64,000 nt of DNA, taken from the NCBI RefSeq assembly GCF_009914755.1, contig NC_060934.1; one strand, 5' to 3'. Within the stretch, counting starts at the first letter, position 1. Every line of letters starts with the position of its first letter. This DNA is from the human T2T-CHM13v2.0 reference genome, Homo sapiens. This document shows positions 52,401 to 64,000 of the stretch, piece after piece. Both the position numbers and the translations under genes were made by a program. The notes under the pieces are model-generated. The model searched no databases and was not told the origin of the DNA. It saw only the letters and a program-made list of their open reading frames with translations.

Positions 52401-55400
52401 ATGAGTGGACAAGGCTGCTGGGATTTGGGTTGTAGATTGAATTTGGAATGGGGCTGGAGACTCACTTTTGGGTGGGGCAGGGTTGAAGACAGTGGACAAT
52501 GGAAATCCATTGCTGATATTCAACCCATAGTCCCCTGTCCCATCCAGACCCAAACGGGTCAGTAGGGTAAGCTGGATATGTGATGTGATGGGGAAAGGTC
52601 TTCAGGAGAAGGTCACAATGAAGAGAAGGGGCCAGGATCCCAAGTGGAGGAGGTGGTGGAAGGGACCCATCAGGGTGCAGTGGGGTCTCTGGGGGCCAGG
52701 AGACCATGGAATACAAAGATGCAAGTACCTGAGCTGTGCTCCTCTTGCCATGGGAGACCTCTGCTGTCCTGCGAGCCTTGAGGACAGTCTGGCCTATAAA
52801 ACTGGAATGAGAGGCAGAACCATTTGGATATTTGATTGCGAGGCTGCTCTGAAAGGCTCCATATTGCCTTCGCCACCGTGCACTGGACAGGACTGCCACA
52901 GGAGCTGGCGCTGACCCTCCAACTGCTCCCCCCAGCTCCATCTCCATTTTCCCAACCTTCATGGGCCCATGGCTGAGGGCCTGGGGGTGAAAGCAAGAGG
53001 CAAGTGCCCACCCTTTGGGGCTGGCAACCCCTACTCCCCAAGCAGAAGAGCAGCTTGGTTCCCTAATTGAATAATATGTGGAAATAATGGGATTTCTCCT
53101 AGAATCATCGGTTATGTTTCGGAGCCAAATCATAACGAGAAAGTCATTAGTGGTAATAAACACAGCGGAGAGCCCGGGACATGATCCATCAGGGATCTGA
53201 CACGGTGGGGAGGGGTAGTCATCCCATTTGCATTTTCGTTTGCTAGCAGAATGTCACTAGCATTCCTGCCCCCCTCAAAAAAGTCAAGACACTAGAAAAC
53301 ACATTCATATAAGACATTTTTCTTGGTATCACTGATGCTGAGGACAGTGCAGCCAGGAGTAGCTTGGCCTCTGCCAAGTGGCCTTAAAAACTGGGTGTTT
53401 TTAAGGGAATATAAAGAGCCTTTCTCATTTTGATGTCCAAGGAGCCCAGTGATGAAGGAACAGTGTGTGGACCGCAGGCTTTTGGTTTCTCCTCCTGCCT
53501 GTCCCATCAGTCCATCCCAAAAAAACCCCAGCTGAAGGCATCTCAGCCATTTATCTGGCTTTATCCTAGGCCCCAAATCGACAGTGACAGTGGCCCTTGA
53601 AGGAGCCCTGAGTTTGGGCCCACGCTGTGTTAACTGAGTCAAACATCACTTCGTTTCCCTCTCCTGACTGTTTTTGCGATGATGGTGTTATTATCATCTT
53701 ATTTCACAAACAAAGAGACTGAGGCCAAGAACTGAAGCCGACTCCTCCCACTCACTCGGCTGGTATAGAGCAGAGCTGGGATTCAAGCCTATGGCTCTCC
53801 CACTCCCTCAGTAGGGAGCCCTGCACAGAGTAAAGCTGTCGGTTTCCCTCTAAGCCTCAGCAGCCAGCACTGTCCACATCACTGAGTCCATTTTACAGAT
53901 GGGAGTCACTGAGATCCAAAGTCAGGCCAATATGTACAGCAAGGCCAGGAAAAAGATACGCAGGTCTGCATTGCTCCTGGCCCTACCCGCCCCCACCAGG
54001 TCTCCATGGTCACGTTGCTCAGGAAGAACAACTACGAAAGTGATCAATGAGTTCATTTCCGATACACTAGGGGTTGACGAAAGGTGAGAACTTCTCACAG
54101 TCTCCAGCATGTGTTAATAACTCGCCACCAGGTCCCCCAGTGAGGGAAAATATGTCAGCCTGGTGCCTGGCAGTTTCTTGGCTTATTGCATGGCCACCAT
54201 CAACCTCCCAGATTCCAGAGGATCAACTATCAGAATTGGAAGGGACCTTCCAGCCTGTCTGGCCTCACTCGACGTTTGGGAAAACTGAGGCCCAGACGAG
54301 TGAAATGACTTGTTCTAGGGCCCGTGATTGCTGGAGCCATTGGCCCGCCCCAGCCAAAAGCCATTTCTCTTCCTGCTTCCCTGTCATGTCCAACATATTT
54401 TTTTTTCTGTTTCTCAGATTAATCTGATTTTAGCAAAACGGTACAAGGCAAGTGCATCAAGACTGTCTGATGCTGAGGCGAATATACTCCAGCAAATGAC
54501 AGGCAGCTAGAACAACTGCCTTGTCCATGGATACAGCGTGCAACAAACTCGCAGGAGTTTGCAATCATTCATAACTGTATTTTCTTTTCTGTGAATGAGT
54601 GCATCTGGGTTCTGAAAGTATACCAGGTGCTTTTGCCTGCCCTACTCTACTAAATCCTCACCTGTGGCCAGTGTGGGAGTTCTTACCGCTCAGTATAGAT
54701 GAGGAAACCAAGGCTGGAGGCAGTGTTTTGCCAAGTTCTCATGGTTGGTAAAGGGACAGAATAAGAAATCAGGAGACATGTGTAGGGACGAGAGAACAAA
54801 AGCCTGAAGCCCTGAAACTGCTCTCCTCACTTGATTTTGACCCTGGGAACATGGCTCAGCCTGTATCCAGGGAACCTGGGGAGTTTCCGGTGCCTTGGTC
54901 CTTCCAGTCCAGACATGAATCCTCCTCACGCTGTGGCTCTGCCTAGGGAACTACCACTCCCTAGTTCTCTCCCCACTGGTGGGACAGGTGTGTGACAGTG
55001 TCCTCCAGAGGGCAGACACCTGGACCCATCCACGCCGTAGCCCCTTTGCCCTTCCCCTGGGAACCCCAGCCAGGAACCCAGAGTGAGCACCCTGGCTTAT
55101 GGTGCAGCCCCAGCCTAGGACCCTCATGCCTGTCCAGACCAGTCCCAGCCCTCCTGGACCCAGCCCACCTATAGCCTGGCACTCCAGGGCTCCCTCCTGG
55201 CTCCTTCCAGCAGGAGACCAAGTCTTTGGAATAAAAATCAGAGGTGTCAGCTTAGTGTGCAGGGCCAGGGGAGGACCACTTGCTTTTCTCTCTCTCTTTC
55301 TCTCTCTCTCTGGTCTTTCTTTCTCTGCTTGTGGCTTTGTTTGTTAGACGCATGTCAAGCCTGATGAACTAAATGATGCAAAACTAGAGATATAACAGCT

Positions 55401-55504
55401 CCTTTTATCTCCCATTTCAAAACCCAATTTGTTCCTGCTGTCTCCTGAGGGCTGCATTGCAAACCCAGCCTCTCTCCTCCTTGGAGAACTATGCATATTC
55501 AAGC

Positions 55505-55735
55505 CCTCTCCCTCTCCTGCCTTCCCACTCCACTCTACTTCTTTGCTCCCTTCTCTCTCTTTCCTCTCTCCCTTCTCTCCATACCTGTTTCTCTTAGACT
55601 CTCTACCTTCTTTCTTTCCCATCTTCTCCCATTTACCCCTTTCTCTGACTCTCTTGACCTCTCTCTGTCTCCCTGTTTCTTCTCTTTCTCCCTCTCCTGC
55701 TTGCTCCCCACCCATCTTCCCCTTTCCCTCTCCTT
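55505..55735. repeat. CT-rich low-complexity polypyrimidine tract
   Basis: About 230 nt, almost entirely C/T. Confidence 0.8.
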
Positions 55736-57528
55736 GAAGACAGGCTGCATGTGTTTGCCTTTGTCTTGTTAAATGGTGGAAGAGCAAGGATGCTCACTGG
55801 TGTAGCGCCTGGCAGGGAGCAAGTTGGCTTCAGAACACTTTCTTTGCTGCCTGGACCCTGGTGGGGAGCCAGGGACCTCCCTTTTAACAGGACCCCGCTA
55901 GTGTGCTGGTGGGGGCAGTCCTGGGTGGACCATGACTTTCTGCTCACTAAGGATGTGGGGCATAGGCCATCTCAGATGTTAAGCCGTCAGGCAGTATGAT
56001 CTTCCTCCGGGGTAGGGGGATGGAGCTGGAGGGGGCCGAGGCTCACGTGCAGACCAGAGTGCACAATCCTCCTGGGTCTGCACTAGGGAACCCACCCTCT
56101 TATCAGCCCAGACCCTGGACCAGAAAGCAGCTCATTCTCCTCTGCCTTTCCCCCTCTCACTAGGCAATTTCAGCTTGACTGGGTTATTCAGTGCATGGTG
56201 CTAAGGCTCCTGCAGGCATGCCTGTATGGGCCAGTTACTAGACTGTGGTCAAGGAATGTCTCACCCCCCCCAGCCTTCCCAGACTCACAACTACTGGCCC
56301 TTGGAGATTGATAGAATCGTGGGGTCTGTGACGTTGCTGCCTGCACAAACCACACGTGCTGTTGGTGATGACTTAGCTGGTCTCACTACCCCAGGAAGAC
56401 CCCCTGCTTATTCCCCCCATTTCACTTCTTCCCTGCTTTTTTGGACAGAGAAAGGAAAAGAAGGCTCTGAGATGGGGCTAGAGAAGGTCAGCTCAGGAAG
56501 GAGTCTCCACCTACCGTCTCTCAGTTGTGCCGACCAGGGCCCCAGCTGAGAAATTCCCCAGCAGCCCAGCTCTGTGCAAATCCCAAGTGCCCAGGTGACT
56601 TCCTGTCCCTTGGGTCTTGTTGGACTGGAGATGGCAGGCCCTGATGGGAGGGCTTATCCAGCATGACATAGCCGATCAGGCTGGAGCTAAGACCAGGACA
56701 AGGTCTTCTGCTTGCTGTCCCTGGGCCAGCTGCACACTTTGGGTGAATGGGTCTCTCTCATGTTCCCCAGTTTCCACCCCAAAGTCTGGTTCTTGGAACC
56801 CAGGTTCCTCCCACGCAGGCCCTACCCAACTCCATCCCTCTGGTGGTCAGGAGGTAAATAAGGAGAGGGCCCCAGATCTCCTGCAAGCCCAGCGTCCCTT
56901 GCACATGCTGCCAGAGCCCTGCTCCTGAGCACACAATTCTCATGCAGCTGATGGCCCCCCTGGAAATAGACAGTCATCAGGCTCTTATGGATCTTTCAAA
57001 CCCCCTTCTCTCCCTAATAATCCCTCCTCTGGGGCGGTATTGATTCCCAGCCGCTGGCCGCCTCTTGGTATGCCAAGGCCCAGTTTGGGGTGGATAAATA
57101 GCTGTGCTGTCATTTTCACGCAGCAATTACCCGCTCTGATTCCTCTCCTCCTGGCCCCCGCAACAGCCACACGGTCACCTGCCTATTGACAACACACTCA
57201 AGCCTCAGCCAGCCGGGCAGGGAACCTATGGACCTGTGAGCCACAGCAAAGTTAGTAGGAACAGAGACTTTGGAAAGGCAAGTCTGGGGCCCTGGCCCTG
57301 GGCTAGAGGGCAGGTCCCAGAGCTGCAGGCTGCTAGGAGGAAACTTCTTCACTCTGGACATTGAGGAGCACTGTGGAGAGTGTGCGTGCTATCATTTGAT
57401 GGGATTCACCTGTGCATGTGTGGCTAGAGAGCTTCCGGCAGGAGTTTCTGCACCCAGCTCCCTCCTTGGGTTTTCCCACTCCTGGCTGCTCTGGGGGTTT
57501 GGAGGCCAGGCTTAGTTCAGTCTTACAT

Positions 57529-57860
57529 CAGAGGTCAGCAAAGATTTTCTATAAAGGGCCAGAGAGTAAATGTTCAAGGCTTTGCAGGCCATATGGACTC
57601 TGTTGCAACCACTCACCTTTCTTGTGATACAAAAGCAGCCACAGATAGCATATAAAAGACTGAGGACAACGTGTTCCAATACAAGTTTATAGATGCTGAG
57701 ATTTGAATTTTATATAACTTTTACACATCACAAAATATTATTCTTCTTTTGATTTTTTGCTAAGCACTTAAAAATGTAAAAATCATTCTTTGCTGGTGGT
57801 TTCAACAAAGACAGGCAGTGGGCCAGATTTGGCCCACAGACCATAGTTTGCTGACCCCTG
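57529..57860. mobile_element. MER58B-like hAT-Charlie MITE
   Basis: TIRs CAGAGGTCAGCAA and TTGCTGACCCCTG; internal TAAAGGGCCAGA..GCTTTGCAGGCCATA. Confidence 0.85.
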
Positions 57861-58039
57861 ATTTATATCTACAAAAGACGGTAAGGACTTTTTTCCTCTC
57901 CTCATTTTCCAGATAAGGAAACTGAGGCTGTGAGAGGCAGTGGCTTGGTCCCATGCAGGAGGAAGGCGCCTTCTATCTAGGGATCGCTCAGTGTGTGAAG
58001 ACCCTCTCAGGATCTTCGATGTAGTTGACTTGGAGATAG

Positions 58040-58180
58040 AAAGGTGGCGTAGCTTAGTAATTAACAGCCAGGTATCTGGGCATCACAGCCTGGGGTTGGA
58101 TCCCAGCTCTGCTCGCTCCATGTGACCTTGGGCAAGTTACTTCTTTTCTCCAGAACCTCCTTTTCCTCATATGGAGAATG
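58040..58180 (+). mobile_element. MIR SINE
   Basis: ATCCCAGCTCTGC...TGTGACCTTGGGCAAGTTACTT. Confidence 0.75.
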
Positions 58181-61100
58181 AGGGAGAGTGGGATAGAGGA
58201 CAAAAGAATCCCTAGGATCGTCCAGCTGGGAGAATATTGATTAATCTGTGACTCTGTGATTTGCAGCCCTCAATCCTCTGTCTTTAGGGTCTTGCTGTGC
58301 TTAAGGATTCTTGGTCACAAGGCTGCCACCTCCGATGGCCGGACTCAGGGCCTGGCCTCCCTGCCTGCCCAACAGATGTCAGTTCTCCAGGGCCCCCTCT
58401 GCCCACAAGTCTTTGCCCTGTACAGCCTCTCTCTGGGCTTTGCAGGGAGGCTGAGCTCAGCAGGCGCCCACCTAGGCAGGAGGCCGAGAAGATAAGGCCA
58501 GCCAAGACCTGGCTGCTGATACCTGGCGTGAAATTGAAAAGCACCAGACTCCTGCCTCCACAGCCTGGTGCCCTGAGGGAGAGAAGGCTGGGAATGGTGA
58601 ATGAAACTGACCCGCCCAGCCAGCAGGGCCAGGCTCCAGGCTGCCACACTTCAGCTCTCCCCACCCCTTCCCCTGGGGGAGGCACAGGCTGAGCGGGTTC
58701 TTCGAGGCTCTGAACAGCAAGCCCCTTTCCAGGGTGGCAGCGTGCAGGGGGCTTCTGTGAGCCTAGGGGCTTTAGTGGGCCCCTGGTTTTGAAGTGGGGG
58801 ACAACCACCAAAAAGGGGAATTGGATGGGAGTGCCCTTGCCTTGTGGAATTAGGCCTGTCCAGAGGCCAGCGTTGCAGTGCTCTAAGGTCATTGTAATGC
58901 AAGGCTAGCAAGTCCAGAACTTCTCAGAACAGCCCGAATGCACAGACTTATGAGACGCTGTTCCTCCAGGGCCCCATTCAGCAGGTGTGGACACCAAGGC
59001 CCGGAGAGCTGAGCACCCGGCCCCACCCAGGAGTACAGGGAGTTGGGTGGGGACCCAAGTGTCTGATTTCTGGAGCAGGGCTTTCACTTCTGCAGCCCAG
59101 TATGGTCCAGAACTTGTCACCCTCATCCTCAGGCCTGTTGTCCCCGAGGACCTCCATTATCCAGAGAGCACTGGAAGAAACCTTGCTGTAGTAGACCTGA
59201 GGATGGGAACAGCTCCCCTCTCTCCTTACCCTCACTGTCAAAGCACCCACAGATCAGATGTCTGATGGTAATGACCTCTCCAGGGTCTGGCCCACAGCAT
59301 GTTTATTAGGGTCCATATGCAGCCGATGCTGTCCATGCCGGGTGAATACATGCCAAGTGATTTCCTGTTCACCCAGTTCCGCATAGATGATTCTGGTTAT
59401 AACAGTGCAAGCTAAGAGGGAGGAAGTCAACCATTTTTTTTCCATCAGCAATCTGAATTTTACAAGTCCTCATGCTTCTCCTAGCCACTCTAGCAAGGGA
59501 AAAGGTTCTTTCCATTTGACAGATGGGAAACTGAGGCCCAGATGGGCACTGTGATTACCTTCAGGCTCTATAGAGTTCAGGGGCCAGGGTGGAGCTGAAC
59601 CTCCCAGCACCCTCTTACCAGCCACCCCACCCCATGTGGGGATGTGGAGGATCCCAGGGCTGCTGGGACCTGTTGCTTCACAGTGACTTGGTTCTCCCAA
59701 AGCTGCTAAGTACTGTAGAGCAGAATGAAGTGCAGCAGACGGATCCTTGGGCCTCTTAGAGAGTGCCCCAATTTGTAAAACAAAGCTTGAGAAGGAGAAA
59801 AAAAAAAGATGGAAAAAAGCAAATTGGAAGCAAGAGCAGGCTGTGTTTTCCATCCCTTCAACCATCAGCTGCTTTAAAGGGCCAGCCTCGTCCTCGTGGG
59901 GCAGGATAGGATAAGGAGGCAGGCCTGAGCTTTTAATCAGAGTTATGTTAGATAAAGCTTTTATTATTCACCTGGCTTTATTATAGCTCTTTCCTGAGGT
60001 TAGAAGCTAATTTTCCTGGTTTTTACCGAACTCTGGTCTGCTTGGCTGCCACAGATGCAGGAGAGGTGGACGGGAGTAGCGGAAAAAAGGGAGATGGGGG
60101 TAGAAATCAAATCAAATAAACTCTCCTCATCCAGTGGACCGAGAGAGTGGGCGGAAAACAACTCTAATAACAGGGGAAGTTTCCAGAGGTGGAAGCAGGC
60201 TGGTGAAATCAGGCCTAATCAGCTCTAGCAGAAGGGGTTCCAATCACCCCCAGCCTCACCAGGGGGAGGGCAGAGTGGACGAAGCTGGCGATGGGAGTAG
60301 GCTGGGGGCTGGACAGTGGCAGGCAAGGCAATCAGAGCCCTGCCAGCAGAGCCTGCCCCACGCCCGCTCCCACCCTCTGCCTTGTGTTCCAGCCACAGGA
60401 GTGGGAATGCTGGCAGAGGGTTAACCGGTTAGTGACCGGGATGGAAAAGAGGAGGAGCATACCTACACCAGGCCCGGGGCCACAGGCACGTTGCCCTGGG
60501 ACACGCTGCACACCCCAAATACCCCTCCCACAATCAGGCATGAAGTAGAAGCCACCAATGCCACAGACAAGACCCACGAGGCAAAGAACTTTGGCCACAG
60601 CTATCTGGGGGAAGAAGATAGTGCTCCGTTTTCTAACTCTCCCCACCTTCAAAGGGAGTCGGATCATTTTCAGTTGACTTCTCCGCCAGTCAGGAGCCCA
60701 TCGAATGATGTTCCAATTTCTTGACAGTTAGAGAGTCATTTTATGGCTAGATTTAGAGGTTGGAGGTGGTCTGTGGCTGGGGTCTGGTGTCTGTGACTGG
60801 TGCAGTGTGTGCCCTGGGGTAACCCTGGGGACAGAGTCAGTCCCCGACCCCAACCCCTGGTGACAGTAGCAGGAGGGGAAAGCCACGTCCACCCTGTAAG
60901 TTACTGTCGAAGGAGGGATTCGCATCCACTAAACAGCCATTAGGCCAGAAGCACCAGATGCAATAGCTTGAAAGAGACAGCAGTGCTCACCCCAGCCTTT
61001 CCTGGGGGTTGATCATTTAATCTCTTTAGCTCCTGCTACAAGAGGGAAAGAAGACTGCAGAGAGGAGAGGTGATATTGAGACAGGCACCGTGCTCCCAGG

Positions 61101-61404
61101 CCACGGCAGGGGAGGGGGAGGACAGAGCAGCTGTCCCTGCCAGAGAGGTCAGTGGCCTTCGGAGAAACCCATTAGACCGTTCTCATCCACCGTGCGTTTC
61201 ATTAAAAGTGAGACAGTTTGCACCTTCCACTTTCTCGGGCTGTCTTCAGGTTGTCGTCATCAATGAGCCTGCCCTGTGTCCCCTGCAGGGGCTGATTTCT
61301 GTTTGCTCCATAAGGAGACCCGATGCTTACCCCCAAAGAGTCTTTTGCACTTTCAGTTAGTCTGATAAGCTTTAGATGCCACATACCATCTTCCTATTTT
61401 CTAT

Positions 61405-61800
61405 CATTCATTTATTCATTCAAGAAACAGTTCTTCAGGGCCTACTGTGTGCTAAGCACTGTTCCCAGAGCTGGGGACGCAGCCAAACAAAACTGATGGA
61501 GTCCCTGCTGTTGGCACCTTTCATCTAGTGGGGGAGACAAGACAACCAACGCATACATCTATGTCTGCTGGTGAGAAGGGCCACAAAGAAAAATAAAGCA
61601 GGCAAGTGGCTAGCGCAGGCTTTGTGGCCAGGGAGGGCCTCTCTGAGGACATGTGAGCAGAGACCTTGAGGGAGTGAAGCACGCATTATCTTAGGGGAGG
61701 TGACTCTCCAGGTAGAGGACAGAGTGATTGCAGAGGCCACCCCCACCCCCCAGGGAGTGACGGGCAATGCCAGGAGGACATCTGGGGTGGTATAGACACC
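61405..61800 (-). mobile_element. L2 fragment
   Basis: TCATTCATTTATTCATTCAA...CTACTGTGTGCTAAGCACTGTT...GGGAGGGCCTCTCTGAGGA. Confidence 0.75.
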
Positions 61801-62844
61801 CGAGGGAAGTACCAGGGCCAAACAGAAGTAAGACTGAAAGCAGAGGGTTTTGGAGTCTTGTGTAACCCGGCTGTCCAAGTTTGCCCATCCAAGGATTTCT
61901 GGTCTTGCAGCCTCATTTCCCCTCTGATCTGATGGCCACAGCATTCTCACACCCAGGACAGGGAAATCACTGTTTTCCAGCTCATATCCCCTCTCGGTGT
62001 CTTGTCTCAAAGCCCCTCCGCCTCTCCAGTGCTGGTCATGGTCTCCTTACCAATGCCCCTTCTCCATGTTTATTTCAGCAACTGTAACTCAGTCCAAAGC
62101 ATCTTCCTCTCTACCTTTAGAGCTTGTGGAGACATTCGTAAAAGAAACAGAGGCATTTGCTCGTGCGGAAAAATGGATTTTGAGTGGCTCCTCTATACCA
62201 GGCAGAGCGATATGATGGTACCGGAGCTACTGTGGTGAGCAAGGCAGTTGTGGAGTTTTAATGCAACGCAAGCAATTTTAAGGTGGTGTAATAAATGCTG
62301 TGATGGAGGCAGTGCAGAATGTGGGCTCTGGGAGCCCACAGAAGGGGCACCCAACCCAGGTTCAGGGAATTAGGGAGGGCTTTCCAGAGGAGGTGATAAA
62401 CAAGTTGGGACTGAAACATGCATAGGAGTTGGCCTGCGTGTCCACTGCACCTAGAACACAGAACATGCCTGATATATAGTAGGTGCACGGTCATTATTAG
62501 TGGAATGAATGAATGGGGAAGAATGTTCCAGACAGACAGAACAGCATGAGCAAAGATCCACAGGTACCAGATTCAGGCAGTGGAGGAGCTGGGAACTAGG
62601 ACACAGGTGCATCGCCCTTCCTGTCACACCTCCTGACATGAAGATGGGCACTCTGCCTTCACAGATGCCTTCAGACTCTCTAGGTGCCTGTCAGTGTGCC
62701 TCCACTTCCCAGCAGGGGCTAGGACACAGTGCTCGGTGAATATTTGTTGAATGAATGAGAGGGAGAGACTTCAGAGCTGGTATTTCCCAGCCATCTCATT
62801 AAATAGGCAGATGAGGGGCAGGTCAAGAGACGGGTGGCCAGGGT

Positions 62845-63450
62845 GTCATTCATTCAACAGTGATGTTTTTCAGTACCTGTTTAATACAGGGCACTGGGCC
62901 GGGCCCTGGGGACACAGTGGAGAGCAGACTTGGGCATGGACCCACCCCAAGGAGCTTACAGTCTAGTGGGGAGTCAGATGGTGACCAGAGAGTCACCTAA
63001 TGTCAGTGGGATTGGAGACCCAGAGAATAGCCAGGTAACTCTGAGCAAATACAGCCAAGGACCCGATCCAGACTGGGGGTCAGAGAAGCCTCTGGAGGAA
63101 ACAGGCCTGGGTGAGATGTGAAGGCTGAATAGGCAAGAGTTGGGGGTGAAGATGAGGAAAGGATTCTAGCAGACGGATGGCACAGGCAGCGGCTGGAGGC
63201 AGCGCAACACCCAGTTCATCTGAGGAAGTGCAAGGCCAGAGGGCTGGAGGGAGGCGAGGAGTCAGTGAAGCCGAGAAGGGCAACCAGGCAGGCCAGGCGG
63301 CGCAGGTGTGGAAGGGCTTCTGTGGTGTTTATCTGGAGGTCAGCAGGAAGCCACTGTGGAGTTACTGGAGGACTGGAATAGGGTTGTGGCGACACGCCCA
63401 GATATGTATTTCAGGGCATTCATAGCGCCACGGGGGAGTCCACATTGCAG
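62845..63450 (-). mobile_element. L2 fragment
   Basis: TCATTCATTCAACAG...GGAGCTTACAGTCTAGTGGGG...GAAGCCTCTGGAGGA. Confidence 0.65.
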
Positions 63451-64000
63451 GGCCAGAGAGGCTGTGGAGCCCAGTGAGCCGGTCCCCGCAGGGGTGGTGG
63501 TGGGTGGGAGGGACAGGAGCAAACTGCTCCTGGAGGCAGAATTGCAAGGAAGAGTCTGGTTTCTGGCTCAGTGGTGGGTGCAGAGGGAATGTATTGACAT
63601 TCATGGAGCCGGGGACACAGTTTCCAGAGTTTGTTCTTAGGCGTGCTGAATCTATGCCGTCTTTGAGACTCCTGCAGAGGCATCAAGTGGACGGTGGCTT
63701 GTTTGGGACCCAGAGAGGCCTCCATGGAGATGGGAGTGTCTCAACTGCTGTGGCCAGGGCTAAGCAGCCACTTGGCGTGCTTGACTCCAGCCGGGAACAG
63801 GAGCCGGAAGAGAGGCCCCGTGGGGTAGGGTCAGTCGGAGGCTGGCCGCTGCTCCTCCAGCCTGCCTGGAGCCTGTCAGCTGCGTGGTGACGGAATGCAT
63901 TTCTCTGCACCGGAATAGATTTGGGCTCAGCAGTTGGCTCTAAGTGCTTTTTGCCCTGACGTTCAGAAATGAGCACTGGGGCAGCGGGAGGGCTGGGATT

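Noticed and set aside
52462-53163. 233-aa minus-strand ORF, the longest in the window
   Set aside because: Non-ATG start, no recognisable domain and no splice context; this length is expected by chance in GC-rich DNA.

Overview
Human (primate) genomic DNA from inside the cadherin-23 gene (CDH23; USH1D/DFNB12), transcribed on the + strand. The only protein-coding sequence is three spliced exons: 25944-26086 (143 nt), 26816-26863 (48 nt) and 26982-27074 (93 nt). These are coding exons c.146-429, usually numbered 4-6. They encode most of extracellular cadherin repeat EC1, the Ca2+-binding EC1-EC2 linker (DRE, DVNDN) and the start of EC2. The rest is two very long introns filled with Alu, L1, MIR, L2, MaLR/ERVL LTRs, hAT/Tigger MITEs and microsatellites, plus several non-repetitive AT-rich islands that look like enhancers. 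An antisense lncRNA (CDH23-AS1, recalled from annotation) probably overlaps the exons. There are no prokaryotic, CRISPR or intact mobile systems, and the remaining ORFs in the track look spurious. The most notable unexplained structures are: (1) a ~93%-identical, ~105-bp inverted repeat pair 3.1 kb apart just upstream of exon 4, each arm carrying a STAT-type TTCTTGGAA site; (2) a 53/54-bp dispersed direct duplication; (3) an antisense Alu that has acquired a consensus GTAAGT donor (candidate poison exon); (4) an allele at exon 6 +13 that would be missense in a 15-nt-extended splice form; (5) a PBX-HOX/MEIS motif cluster. Repeat subfamily names and database facts are from memory and need RepeatMasker or browser confirmation.
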